Below, one piece after another: positions 28,974-39,022 of a stretch of 64,000 bases of DNA (position 1 is the stretch's first letter; every line of letters begins with the position of its first letter). Under the pieces are notes generated by a model. The model had not been told where the DNA came from and did no database searches. It saw only the letters and a list, made by a program, of their open reading frames with translations. This DNA comes from a virus: IMG/VR virus record IMGVR_UViG_3300029922_000007, positions 1-64,000 of that record, one strand, 5' to 3'. The position numbers and the translations under genes are program-made.

Positions 28974-29411
28974 TTATGAAGAGCTTTGAGCAGCAATCCA
29001 GGTAGAATCTTCGACAAGGTAAACAAACATAGTGGCTGCCGAAGTGATAATCCAAGTATTGTTACCCATGGAGAGATAGGTCCAAGAATTAGGAGGGCAA
29101 GGAACGCCAGCGTTACCGTTAGCGTCCACAGCGCCGAGTGCCTGAGAAGTAACAGATGGGGTGTTACCAATAGTGACAGTCCCAACAGCTCCGGCATTGT
29201 TATAAATTGCAACATTCATGCCAGCCTTAGGAAGGCCAGTTGCAGCCGTTGCTTGAGTGGTCCAGCTAGTACTCGTAGGAATTGGGATCAGGTGTGGACC
29301 GACGTTAAGGGTCTTTTTGGCCCCAGAATGGTAGTTATTCTCAATAACATCAGCATCATATGGAGAACCATCCCCAGCAATACTCGTAACGCGCCTGTAT
29401 TTAATACCCAT
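28974..29411 (-). CDS. Putative virion structural protein
   Basis: AAGGAG SD and CAATCTTA upstream; beta-rich sequence. Confidence 0.55.
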   Translation of the reverse strand: MGIKYRRVTSIAGDGSPYDADVIENNYHSGAKKTLNVGPHLIPIPTSTSWTTQATAATGLPKAGMNVAIYNNAGAVGTVTIGNTPSVTSQALGAVDANGNAGVPCPPNSWTYLSMGNNTWIITSAATMFVYLVEDSTWIAAQSSS

Positions 29412-29456
29412 AAAATTAATTCTCCTTAGAGACTATATCAGTTAAGATTGGAGAGG

Positions 29457-30413
29457 TTAGCTCTCCGACCCATCTTCTTTAAAAAGCGTCATATCTACTA
29501 TAATTGAACTGGGATTAGGAGTGACAGTCCCCAAAGGCTCCTGGACCGCCCGATCTGGGGTTTTGGATAGAGTGGTGTTCTTAGGATCGCCCTTGTTCTG
29601 GTTATGGTATAGGTACTCTCTTTGTATGGTAGCATTATATGCCATACGTTCAGCCTGACGTACTCCACCTTCGGTAACTACAGCCATACGAACTTCCTTA
29701 GGAAGGGCCACAACATAGAAGAAAGCCTTGTAGGTATATCTAATGCTGTATACGCGACCTAATCCCGTAGAAGGGTTATGGCCCGGATTTTTACCTGTAG
29801 CGAGCCAAGAAATATTCCCTTGAGGGGTGATCACGTAGTCTAGGCCCTCAACATACTGGACATTGTTAGAGTCATAGATAGGAAGGTCCATGCAAATTAT
29901 TGGGAACATCGGAGTATTAATTCCAGATTCGTAGACCATCTTCTGATAATTGATCACCCTAACATCACAATTGGGGTCAGAAACATAAACTCTATCTCCC
30001 GGCGCAAGAAGGATTCTGCATTGGTTGTCCTGAGGGTTAGTGTTAATTTGGCCAGGAGTGTCCCTACCCATATCGTAGAACCTGGGAAGAATTAGATTTG
30101 ATACGCTAGGATCGTCCGTACCGCCATCGGTCCTGCGTTTATCTCTAGTATTGGAAACTTCTGCGGCAGTGAAATGCCCCTTAAAGATGTATATGGAACC
30201 GTTTGAAGTTATAGTGTCAACTCCTCCTTCTCTGCGGTAATCACCCCTATCGTTCAATCCAATAGGAGAAGGCATGCAGGCATAGTGAGCATACGAAATT
30301 CCCTGGCTCAGAACGAAACTATCGTCTTGATTTAAATTAAAAGAGGTCTGCACAATGGGGCAATATCCGTTGATGGACTGCAACTGTTCTCCTTTAGGCG
30401 GCCTTATACTCAC
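29457..30413 (-). CDS. Putative head closure/neck protein
   Basis: GDRVYV and YSIRY motifs; located in the neck region. Confidence 0.5.
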   Translation of the reverse strand: MSIRPPKGEQLQSINGYCPIVQTSFNLNQDDSFVLSQGISYAHYACMPSPIGLNDRGDYRREGGVDTITSNGSIYIFKGHFTAAEVSNTRDKRRTDGGTDDPSVSNLILPRFYDMGRDTPGQINTNPQDNQCRILLAPGDRVYVSDPNCDVRVINYQKMVYESGINTPMFPIICMDLPIYDSNNVQYVEGLDYVITPQGNISWLATGKNPGHNPSTGLGRVYSIRYTYKAFFYVVALPKEVRMAVVTEGGVRQAERMAYNATIQREYLYHNQNKGDPKNTTLSKTPDRAVQEPLGTVTPNPSSIIVDMTLFKEDGSES

Positions 30414-31230
30414 TGGAACCCCCTAAAAAATCTAGACAGCGTTTAATGCAGCCTTCTTTGTCTGCATTCCACTCCTCTTCCGTAATGTGAATAATATTAA
30501 TACCTATAGATAAAAAATGAGTGTCTTTGATCTCATGGTACCGACGGACATCGTCGTCGGTCCACAATCCCTTATTTTTATTTCTTCTCATGTATTCAAA
30601 AGAGTGATAGTAGGTCCCATCAAATTCAATTCCTCGATTAAGTTCTGGGACATAAATGTCCAGATCGAACCTTTTTATATAATCCTTATCGGGAATAGTA
30701 ACCTTAGAACCCCTAATTTTCTTAGCGGTAGGGTATCTCTTAGAGATCTCGCACATCAACCCCAATTCTGCCACCGATACTGTACCCAATATAACCATAT
30801 GCGAGCATACTCTATCTAAGATCTTTCTCCTTCTAGCTAAGATATATGCTGAGTTACTGCCGTACTTGAATTCCGCTCGTGTTTTATACTTGAGAGCCTC
30901 TTTAAAAATCATATCGTCTGTCCAATAAGTATACGCATCTTCCATATGAGCACAAATTTGCTCTAAGACACTCCTTCTAATGGCCGTCCTGTATGCAGGA
31001 TGGTTTCCTTCTCTAAATTCCGCTCGTGTTTTATACTTCAACGCCTCTACACGGAGCATATCGTCGGTCCACCATACATAAACACAGTCCATGTGAGAGC
31101 AAATTTTATCTAAAAGACCTCTTTTGCTGGCAACCTTATAGGCGGACTTACTGTTTTTGGCAAAATCTCGCCTACTCTTATATTTAAGAGCTTCTAGAGC
31201 AAGTTCCGTATCAGTCCACACATTTTTCAT
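30394..31230 (-). CDS. Repeat-containing EDxHD/Vsr-like endonuclease (3 repeats)
   Basis: Three 49-aa WT...EALKY...AY...CSHM repeats, then DLDIYVPELNRGIEFDGTYYH...KD. Confidence 0.8.
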   Translation of the reverse strand: MKNVWTDTELALEALKYKSRRDFAKNSKSAYKVASKRGLLDKICSHMDCVYVWWTDDMLRVEALKYKTRAEFREGNHPAYRTAIRRSVLEQICAHMEDAYTYWTDDMIFKEALKYKTRAEFKYGSNSAYILARRRKILDRVCSHMVILGTVSVAELGLMCEISKRYPTAKKIRGSKVTIPDKDYIKRFDLDIYVPELNRGIEFDGTYYHSFEYMRRNKNKGLWTDDDVRRYHEIKDTHFLSIGINIIHITEEEWNADKEGCIKRCLDFLGGSSEYKAA

Positions 31231-31583
31231 TCAATACTCTTCAAACATAATTGTGTCATGTTTTCAAGGCGTTTGTCAACATCTTTATGGTTTCGAACCA
31301 ACATAGAGATCGCTTCATTCACTTCAAGGTTTCTGGAGGCTTCCGCAACTTGTCTTTCGAACTGGTAACTCTTTAGAGAATTGTTGGAGTTAACCTTAAT
31401 GTTCATTTGACATCCAACGCCATTTTTTACGATCCTGTCCATTTGATCGATGAAGGATTGGATTCTGGAATCATCAGGGCTATAGTCGATGACTACTTCC
31501 CTGGCACCCTTAACTTGGTACTCCAGAGGTTCCGATGGATCGAATTCAAACTGGTCGTGGCTAGTTACGATCTTGATACACAT
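31227..31583 (-). CDS. Hypothetical protein
   Basis: ORF in operon. Confidence 0.55.
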   Translation of the reverse strand: MCIKIVTSHDQFEFDPSEPLEYQVKGAREVVIDYSPDDSRIQSFIDQMDRIVKNGVGCQMNIKVNSNNSLKSYQFERQVAEASRNLEVNEAISMLVRNHKDVDKRLENMTQLCLKSIE

Positions 31584-31584
31584 A

Positions 31585-32079
31585 TTATTTCATCCTCACG
31601 ATTTTCATACCAGAGGACAAAGCTTTTTCTGAAACAGCGCCAGATAAACAAGCTACGAACTCTTTAGAGGCGTCCATGGATTTAATCAAAAGGGCGCTAT
31701 TCTCAAAAGTAGCCTTCACAAGACCGACCTTGATGTTCTGTTTGGTCACAAAGAAGTCCACAGAGGCACCATTTTGTACAGAATAAATGTCATGACCGGA
31801 TTTACGAAGATCGTCTGTAAGGAAATGGGAATGGCTTTCAGCATGCACGCTTTCATGCTCCGATTTCATCAGCATTGGCTGAAATTCAGGATGGCGCTGT
31901 TCGATAGTGTAACAAAGGATAGCCTGATGACTAGCAGCACCTAAAACATCTTCTCCGCCATTTTTACCAACGGTAGTTGCAAGATTTAGTCCACCACGAA
32001 GTTTCACTAGATTTACTTGCTTACCATTAAGCATTCCGAAAGGTTCAACCGATGCTACTTCATTTTCTGAGATTTTCAT
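31585..32079 (-). CDS. Hypothetical head-module protein
   Basis: ORF in operon; LMKSE motif. Confidence 0.55.
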   Translation of the reverse strand: MKISENEVASVEPFGMLNGKQVNLVKLRGGLNLATTVGKNGGEDVLGAASHQAILCYTIEQRHPEFQPMLMKSEHESVHAESHSHFLTDDLRKSGHDIYSVQNGASVDFFVTKQNIKVGLVKATFENSALLIKSMDASKEFVACLSGAVSEKALSSGMKIVRMK

Positions 32080-32081
32080 AT

Positions 32082-33836
32082 TTATTTTTCCTTATCGTAG
32101 GCTTCGCGAATCTTTTTCACATGGAAGTGATTTTTAATATCTTGCTTATTCTTTTTAGCTTTTAAAGCGCCAGAAATTCCATTAAACCAAGCATATCCAG
32201 CCTGTTCTGGATCGTTGCCTAGGCGATGTTCAATATGGGTAAGATGCCTATCGGCGATAGTATCTTCAAGTCCCTTATTGTCTCTCATATAGTTGCTAAG
32301 ATTTTGACCAGTGAGAGCTAAAGCTTTGCCATGTTTGGTCTTGAGGTCTTTGTGTCCCTTGATAGTATCGTGGATAGTATTAGGCATTAAGGCATATTTT
32401 CCATACGCTACCTCGCCATTAGCAGCAGGCTTATGGTTTGTATCTGCACCATTTCTACTCTCAACTTGAGCCATTGCTCGCAGCATTCTTCCATGGTCAT
32501 AAGCTTGGGCTTGCGGCTTTGGTTGCTGAATACTAGCTGGAGCCCTATTTCCCGCATCTGAAGTATTAGTTCCGCCAGCTAATGCACCGGCCATACCAAG
32601 AGCAATACCTGCGTTTTTGAGAGCGCCTTTTTCCAAAGAAATAAGGATAGATTCGCCTTTCTCTAAAAGTTCATTTCCTGTAGTATTGAGCTTATCTCTT
32701 AAAAATAGCGCTTTCTTTTCATCTTGCAAGTCTTGCGAGGTTGGTTTTTTAGGGCCATCCATCCCTATCTTATGGTTGTATCCGGCACCATTAGAATTGT
32801 GGGTGCCATGGATAGTATAGTTACCAACATTGATCTTATATCGGCCTTCACCGTGCATATTTTTAGGATTTTTACCGGCTGGATTAAACGAAGACTGAGA
32901 CTTAATGCCATGCATTCCATTTAGACCGGAAATAAATTGGTGAAGATGACCAGACGCAGCATTGGCATGAGAGCTTAATAGCGCCGCCGCACCAATAGCG
33001 GCCGTCCTTAAAGCACCCTTCTCAAGAGGTACTTCTTTTTTGCTGACTTTTTCAGGCAGCTTCTTCCCCTTAGTCGCTTCATCCCATTCATGAACACCAG
33101 CTTTACCGCCAAGAGCTTTTTCGCCCTCTGCCGTGTGGCCCCAACGTCTCTGGGCGTCCGATACGAATGGTTTCATGAGAGGGTTAAGCTTCTCAGCTTT
33201 GTGCATTGGGCAAAGACTATCTTTTTCAGATGCGGCAAGCTTACCCATTTGAGGTTCGTAATTAAGTTTTGCTGTAAGGTCTCCTTCATCAGGAACCCTA
33301 GGTTCAGCGGAATCTGGCTCGTGATGGTAAGTCTTGATAGTTTGCGGCCCACGCTTAAGCTCAGCATTACCAAATTCAATACCGGCCTCAAATGCGGTTT
33401 TTGCGCCAGAAGCCTTGATTTCGTCATGCAAGTCTTTACTGACAGTAATGTGAGCCTGGAATGCATAAGGAACTGGATCGCCCATACCAGCGAACTTTCC
33501 ATTTAGCTCTTTCATTTTCTCAGCAGAATTCCCGTGGAGCTTGATTACATAAATATCGTCGCCGTTTTTACCTTGGAACTTTCCAGGTTCAATCTGGGTA
33601 TTTTTAGCATCCGGAGGATTAAGGGGAAGATGTTGGGCTAATTGGTGGATAGCGTGCCCATGGTCCTTCTCCTTGTTGAATACTTTGATAGTTGCATGAT
33701 AGCCAACATTATTTACTGGATTATGAGACTGCCCATCAATTTTTACAGGGAATGCGAGCATCATACCGGAATTAGCTCTAGAAGCATAACCCTCGGAATC
33801 CTCGTTCTTGTATAGATTTGATAGATAGCAAGTCAT
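32082..33836 (-). CDS. Multidomain protein: 2H phosphoesterase-like N-terminus and lysozyme/SLT-like C-terminus
   Basis: YHATI (H47) and AHITV (H129); C-terminal AMAQVES...AYGKYALMP. Confidence 0.7.
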   Translation of the reverse strand: MTCYLSNLYKNEDSEGYASRANSGMMLAFPVKIDGQSHNPVNNVGYHATIKVFNKEKDHGHAIHQLAQHLPLNPPDAKNTQIEPGKFQGKNGDDIYVIKLHGNSAEKMKELNGKFAGMGDPVPYAFQAHITVSKDLHDEIKASGAKTAFEAGIEFGNAELKRGPQTIKTYHHEPDSAEPRVPDEGDLTAKLNYEPQMGKLAASEKDSLCPMHKAEKLNPLMKPFVSDAQRRWGHTAEGEKALGGKAGVHEWDEATKGKKLPEKVSKKEVPLEKGALRTAAIGAAALLSSHANAASGHLHQFISGLNGMHGIKSQSSFNPAGKNPKNMHGEGRYKINVGNYTIHGTHNSNGAGYNHKIGMDGPKKPTSQDLQDEKKALFLRDKLNTTGNELLEKGESILISLEKGALKNAGIALGMAGALAGGTNTSDAGNRAPASIQQPKPQAQAYDHGRMLRAMAQVESRNGADTNHKPAANGEVAYGKYALMPNTIHDTIKGHKDLKTKHGKALALTGQNLSNYMRDNKGLEDTIADRHLTHIEHRLGNDPEQAGYAWFNGISGALKAKKNKQDIKNHFHVKKIREAYDKEK

Positions 33837-33852
33837 ATCTTATTATATCACT

Positions 33853-34788
33853 TTAAATGTTAGAAATCAAGAACTTCTGCGAGAAAGTGGCTTTGATCTT
33901 TCCAAGTAGTTCTTTTTTCTTCAATTCCAGCTCTTCAATTCGAAGCTGGTAGATTCTTGGACCAGGCCCTGAAGATGACTGAGAAATTCCATCGCGGGAA
34001 AGGGATTGAGATGTATTAATAAACATAGTAGCAATATTGCCCAACATATTGATGGCAGCAATCGTACCTATTGCATCATTGACAACAGTAGGAAACTGAC
34101 CCTCCACCTTAGAAACTGAACAAGTATAAACAATTTGCCAAAATCCGGGCACAAATGTTAATTGTGAAAAAACATTAATATATGGTATACCGCCATAAGC
34201 TCCCACCCCACCGCCAGTCGCGACCGAATAGGCTCCAAGAATTGGTACCACATTCACTATACCCTTTGAGAAGTTACTACTCTCAAGCCAAGAACTGGGG
34301 ATCTGAAAGACCTTGTAGCCATCCGAACTTACGATCGAAACATCCTGCACACTCAGTACAGGGCCCTGCTCAGTCTTAAGATAAATGAACGATTTATAAA
34401 GGTTGATATCGAATGGAACCTTATCGGTAAACTGTTCTCTGGTCAAGGTGATCTTGCAAAGCAGTTCAACCTCGTTCATCGCTAAACGGATTTGATCCTT
34501 GATGTCCTCAGCACTATAGGAATCTCCATTAGGGAATGCCAGTGGGATACCCTTCAAATACCTAGAAACCAAAAGTTGTGGAGTAAGAACGGGTTCCGAC
34601 CTACTCATCAATCCAGAGGTACGAGTACAATGGACTGGGTATCCTGCTGCGTAAAATTGCTTATTAGTAGCAAAATCAGGTGCTACTGGAGTACCACTCA
34701 AAGCATCCAAAACTGGAGGAAAGGGCTCATATGGGGCCTGTGGTTGGTCAAAAGGAGGACCTACTGGTGGAATTGGAGGATTAGCCAT
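33853..34788 (-). CDS. Putative head-to-tail adaptor
   Basis: Start MANPP coupled by TAATG; SQSLSRDGISQS motif of adaptor proteins. Confidence 0.65.
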   Translation of the reverse strand: MANPPIPPVGPPFDQPQAPYEPFPPVLDALSGTPVAPDFATNKQFYAAGYPVHCTRTSGLMSRSEPVLTPQLLVSRYLKGIPLAFPNGDSYSAEDIKDQIRLAMNEVELLCKITLTREQFTDKVPFDINLYKSFIYLKTEQGPVLSVQDVSIVSSDGYKVFQIPSSWLESSNFSKGIVNVVPILGAYSVATGGGVGAYGGIPYINVFSQLTFVPGFWQIVYTCSVSKVEGQFPTVVNDAIGTIAAINMLGNIATMFINTSQSLSRDGISQSSSGPGPRIYQLRIEELELKKKELLGKIKATFSQKFLISNI

Positions 34789-35264
34789 TAGCAGCACCCA
34801 CTGTTGAAGGATTCGACTGCGATCATATTTTGAACAGTCCAATTCCAAGTCAAGATGCCCATAGTCAAGCTAAACATCACATTCCCACTGGCAGGAGCCC
34901 TACCAGCTGAATTATAGCCGGGCAAGGTGATAGAGAACACGGAGCCATCGTTTGGATCCTGGGTGGCCGTATAGGTGAAGGTGAGGCTAGGATCAAGGCT
35001 AGGAAAGGTTACGGTCATAACTACGGGCTGATTACTAGAGCCAACACCAGCAATGAATCTTTGTGGTGCAGTTTGTATGGCAGCATTGAAGAAGCCCCCA
35101 TTAAGAGGGAAAAATGATGCTGGAGACGCCGTATTTTGATTGTCTAAGTCAAATAGTTGAAAATACAAGATATTTGGGTCTGTAGCCCTGATTGTCCATT
35201 GACTTGATGTCTGGAAATCGTTAATATCGGCGAAATTGATGATTGGTACTGAGGTTAGACGCAT
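34788..35264 (-). CDS. Putative virion protein
   Basis: First gene after the CAATCTTA at 35295. Confidence 0.55.
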   Translation of the reverse strand: MRLTSVPIINFADINDFQTSSQWTIRATDPNILYFQLFDLDNQNTASPASFFPLNGGFFNAAIQTAPQRFIAGVGSSNQPVVMTVTFPSLDPSLTFTYTATQDPNDGSVFSITLPGYNSAGRAPASGNVMFSLTMGILTWNWTVQNMIAVESFNSGCC

Positions 35265-35355
35265 TTTATACCCCTAAAGAGAATTCTATAGAGTTAAGAT
35301 TGGCAATTGAGGATTTTGGTTGCAAAAGGAGGTATTTGAGGGTAGGATCGTGGGT

Positions 35356-36039
35356 ATGAGTGATATAGTTAAAGACATTTTGGCCGTACAGGATCGCCTA
35401 GCAAGGACGACATTTGGCCATCTTTCTCCAGAAGACGTTAATTTCATTAGGAGTGTAAATACCTTGAAAACTGTGCCAACTGAGACCGTGGGAACCACCG
35501 AACCCCTACAAACGGAAAGAGTGGAGTATGTCGTAGCACTTAAGGAACTAGCCAAGTCCTATGTCGGTCCAGAACAGGTCCTTAATTCATTCAAAGAACA
35601 CAAGGATGTAGAATTTCCATGGATCGACAAGCCACTTCAGACGGTAGAGGAATGGACTCAGACCATGAAAGACCATGTAGGGAAAGAACTTAAGAAAGAG
35701 CTGGAATCATCGCATGTAGGACAGGATAAGGCTATTCGATACGACCAAAACAAACCCCAAATGGACCTTTTGTCGCCCATCGCTATGTTTGGCCTAGCTC
35801 AGGTCATGACCCATGGTCTCAAGAAGTATCCCGGAAGTCAATGGAAGAAGGGGATGGCTTGGAGTAAAGTTACGGCTAGCCTTTTGAGGCATTTATTCAA
35901 GTTTATGGCTGGAGAGGACATCGACCCAGAGTCGCTTTGCCCACATATTGATCATGTGGCTGCTAATGCGATGTTTCTTCAAGAATACTTCAGGAAACAC
36001 AAGGATTTGGACGATCGGATGAAGACTGGGTTGGAATAG
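35356..36039 (+). CDS. dATP/dGTP diphosphohydrolase domain protein (DUF5664-like)
   Basis: YDQNKPQMDLL...GLKKY...W.KG...LLRH...GEDIDPES..PH. Start set by TTGCAA-N17-TAGGAT 7 nt upstream. Confidence 0.8.
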   Translation: MSDIVKDILAVQDRLARTTFGHLSPEDVNFIRSVNTLKTVPTETVGTTEPLQTERVEYVVALKELAKSYVGPEQVLNSFKEHKDVEFPWIDKPLQTVEEWTQTMKDHVGKELKKELESSHVGQDKAIRYDQNKPQMDLLSPIAMFGLAQVMTHGLKKYPGSQWKKGMAWSKVTASLLRHLFKFMAGEDIDPESLCPHIDHVAANAMFLQEYFRKHKDLDDRMKTGLE

Positions 36040-36042
36040 AGC

Positions 36043-36579
36043 TTAAGAAATCATCTTGTTGTTTTTATGACGATTTTCTTCCTGCGTAATAACCCTCAGA
36101 TTCCAAGGTACGTGTAGACCTCTTACGTTTTTACCTTGAAGCGGTACTATGTGATCAACTTCATGCGGAATTCCAGTTAAAAGAGACCACAAGGACGCAA
36201 AGATATAAAAATTCTGCATTTCTTGAAGCTGAATTTTGGTCAACCATTTGGGAACGGCCTTACGCCTCGCAGCCCTACGTTTAGCCGTCTTAGCATTGAT
36301 CTTCCCAGGATTGGCCTTTCTGTACTCTTCAGCGTATAGGGTTAAAGATTCCTTATTTTGAGCCGTATGAATGGCCCGACTTGCTGAAATCTGTTCTCGT
36401 TTTTCTTCACGATATTTTCGACCATACGCGGTTGCTTTTTCAGGATTGTCTCTATTGCGCTGAGTAGTCTCGGTGTTGTGGCATTTTTTACAAATAGCTC
36501 TTAAGCCATCTTTGCCCAATTTAGCCTTACCGAAAAACTTAATTTCTTTGCTTTCTTTGCATTTAGTACAGGTCTTCAT
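36043..36579 (-). CDS. HNH homing endonuclease (paralog of 24212)
   Basis: HEVDHIVPLQGKNVRGLHVPWNL. Confidence 0.9.
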   Translation of the reverse strand: MKTCTKCKESKEIKFFGKAKLGKDGLRAICKKCHNTETTQRNRDNPEKATAYGRKYREEKREQISASRAIHTAQNKESLTLYAEEYRKANPGKINAKTAKRRAARRKAVPKWLTKIQLQEMQNFYIFASLWSLLTGIPHEVDHIVPLQGKNVRGLHVPWNLRVITQEENRHKNNKMIS

Positions 36580-36616
36580 ATAGATAAGATTATCTCACCT
36601 ATGTGCATCGGTCAAC

Positions 36617-36657
36617 AAAAATAAAAATCCCCCGGTAAGCATTGCCTACCGAGGGAC
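36617..36657 (-). terminator. Intrinsic terminator after the major capsid gene
   Basis: TCCCTCGGTA/TACCGGGGGA stem followed by a T-run on the minus strand. Confidence 0.8.
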
Positions 36658-36683
36658 TTAAGATATCTAACTATTCGGAAAGA

Positions 36684-38081
36684 TTAGGTATAGACCTGTC
36701 CTTGCAGATTACCGACGATTGCGTTTTTACGAGGACTTTCAACAGCAAGCGTAGTCCAACGATAGAACGCGTTGTTGATAGAGAGCTGCGAGATGCCGAG
36801 CTGGAGTTTCTTGAATCCCGAAAGCTCGCCCATATGGGCTGAGTCACGCTGAATCAAGAATCCAGTGAGACCGCCTGGGCTAAGGTTACCGAGATCGGTG
36901 AACGAAGCGCCCGATGGGGTGGCCGCGATGTTACCAATGAACAGTTCCGAACCAGGGCTACCAGCATTACCAGTACGGTAAACGCGGTAGTAGAGAGCAC
37001 CGGCAACTGCACCGATCGTCAAAGTCACCTTGTCGCCCGTAGCTGCCACAACGACAGCCGTAGGAGGATTCGACGTAGGGCCTTCACCGACCTGGTTCAC
37101 AGCAGCGACAACGTAGCTATACGTGCCAGCGGAGATCAAGGAACCAGCCGCGCCAGTGTCAGCACCGGAGAGCGTTGGAGCTACAGGAGCGCCAAAGATC
37201 TGCTGATTGACAGGGCTGATCTGCTTACGAAGATATTGACTCATCTCCAACGTAATCGCACCGCTCGAAGTCCATTGGGTACGCAGATGCGAACCGGTAG
37301 CTTCCTGAGGAGAACCAGCGAGAACGATACGTTCTTTAGCCTGGCTGATCTTGTTGTAGGACGAGAGGGACGAAGGGTCCAGCATCAGCTTGTCCGCACG
37401 ACCCATGTTAAGGGCAGAACGAACCGAGATGTCTTCAATGAGGGATTGCGTCAGAGTGCCGCCACCAGCAGAGAACACAACCGTTGCGCTCGAACCGTAC
37501 GAAGCGAACATGAGATCTTGTCCGTTACGTTCATAATCCGAAGCGCGAACCTGAAGGTCAAACCCGCGCATGTTGGCAAGAGCAGGAACTAGGGCAGGAT
37601 TGCCATCGAAGACTCCGTTGTTTGAGAAGTCAGAGTTACCTGCGAACAGGTCGAACTCGATATCTTGAGCGAGGTTGAGGGCCGCATCCTGGGCCTGGCG
37701 CTCTTCAGCGGTAACCTTGTCAAACGTCTCAACGGCATTCGCAACCAGCGAATGTTCGCGCGTATCAACGTAGTAAGCCATAGGCACGACCAAGCGAGCA
37801 GCTTGACCGGTTTTCTTGGCTCCCAGCATACCTTCGTAAGCAGCTGAACCGCCGAAACGGCCAACCGACAATTTACGGTTATACTGGTAGAGGTTGCTCT
37901 TCGTATTACGAACGTCGAGCATTTTCTGCAGTTTGATAGTTTCTTCGGCAGCGGTCACGTTCACCATCACAGGAGCGAGATCCTCGATCTGGTAAGCGGC
38001 ACCTTGCACCAACGTGCTTGGTGCGGCATTGTAACTGCCCGCCTCAAGCGCTTTCATAAGGGACTGAAGTTGTTCAAGCAT
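36684..38081 (-). CDS. Major capsid protein (Herelleviridae-like)
   Basis: 465 aa after the scaffold; AQDIEFDLFAG motif and a YSYVVAAVN..GE insertion domain; strong SD and a terminator. Confidence 0.85.
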   Translation of the reverse strand: MLEQLQSLMKALEAGSYNAAPSTLVQGAAYQIEDLAPVMVNVTAAEETIKLQKMLDVRNTKSNLYQYNRKLSVGRFGGSAAYEGMLGAKKTGQAARLVVPMAYYVDTREHSLVANAVETFDKVTAEERQAQDAALNLAQDIEFDLFAGNSDFSNNGVFDGNPALVPALANMRGFDLQVRASDYERNGQDLMFASYGSSATVVFSAGGGTLTQSLIEDISVRSALNMGRADKLMLDPSSLSSYNKISQAKERIVLAGSPQEATGSHLRTQWTSSGAITLEMSQYLRKQISPVNQQIFGAPVAPTLSGADTGAAGSLISAGTYSYVVAAVNQVGEGPTSNPPTAVVVAATGDKVTLTIGAVAGALYYRVYRTGNAGSPGSELFIGNIAATPSGASFTDLGNLSPGGLTGFLIQRDSAHMGELSGFKKLQLGISQLSINNAFYRWTTLAVESPRKNAIVGNLQGQVYT

Positions 38082-38114
38082 TTTAATTCTCCTGTTTCTT
38101 AAATTTTGTCACGC

Positions 38115-38993
38115 TTACTTAAGCAGATGACGAACTGTTTCGACGTTTTTACTGAAGTAGTAACTGTTAATGGCATCTCTGTCCGACTTAGAAAGAGAGA
38201 TATCTTTCGCTTTAGCCAGAAGCTTAGCGTCGATCTCACTCTTTTGGAGAGGCTTTTCGCTACCTTCGTTACCGCTTTTAGCGATAATGTCCAGTGACGT
38301 GATTGCCTTACCTGCAGGAGCCGTTTTTTCGACGAATTTCGTCAAGAAAGCAGAGACTGCATCCAAGTTTTTCTTGTACTCATCGCGTTCCGATTTGAGC
38401 AAACTAACTTCAGAACTAGAGTCCTTTTCAGACTTAGCCATAGCTTGCATATCGCTAGATGCTGGAGTTTTGCTACTCGCAGCTTCGCCATCTTTAGCAC
38501 CACCGTTTGGACGATAGCCCTGAGCATCTTTAGCGCCATCTTCCATTTCAGATTTAGCCATAGCACCATCCATGCACTTACGGACTGCATCGTGATGAGC
38601 TTTCAGTTCAGGTCCAGACATTGAAGAGTACATACTGTGCATATGTTGCATATCTTCGTCATCATAGCCATGATCCTGGGCTTCGCCATGAGGGTCATCA
38701 GAAGGCTTTGCGTTTTCTTTGCCATCGGCAGCAGAACGCTCTTCTTTGGATTCTTCCTTGCTTTCTTCTTTAGCGGGTTCCTTAGAAGTGTCCTGTTGAT
38801 GCTGGTCTTTAACACCTTTATCTTCAGGCTTTTCGTGTTCCATCGGCTTCTTTTCTTCTTTAGATTCTTCCTTCTTAGGAGGGAATTCTTCAGATTTGGC
38901 AAGACTGAAAGATTTTTCAGCCTTGGCAAGATGAGCCGTGAACTCGTTCGTCACGTCGGCTATCAATTTGTTGAGGTCTGTTTCGGTATACAT
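38115..38993 (-). CDS. Capsid scaffolding protein
   Basis: Charged low-complexity protein immediately upstream of the capsid gene; many xxKSE motifs. Confidence 0.7.
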   Translation of the reverse strand: MYTETDLNKLIADVTNEFTAHLAKAEKSFSLAKSEEFPPKKEESKEEKKPMEHEKPEDKGVKDQHQQDTSKEPAKEESKEESKEERSAADGKENAKPSDDPHGEAQDHGYDDEDMQHMHSMYSSMSGPELKAHHDAVRKCMDGAMAKSEMEDGAKDAQGYRPNGGAKDGEAASSKTPASSDMQAMAKSEKDSSSEVSLLKSERDEYKKNLDAVSAFLTKFVEKTAPAGKAITSLDIIAKSGNEGSEKPLQKSEIDAKLLAKAKDISLSKSDRDAINSYYFSKNVETVRHLLK

Positions 38994-39022
38994 AATTTGG
39001 TCTCCTCTTATGATTCCAATTA

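Noticed and set aside
35356-36039. Evidence for a 2-aminoadenine (Z) or other modified genome
   Set aside because: A DUF5664-like domain alone is widespread; no PurZ or other modification genes are in the window.
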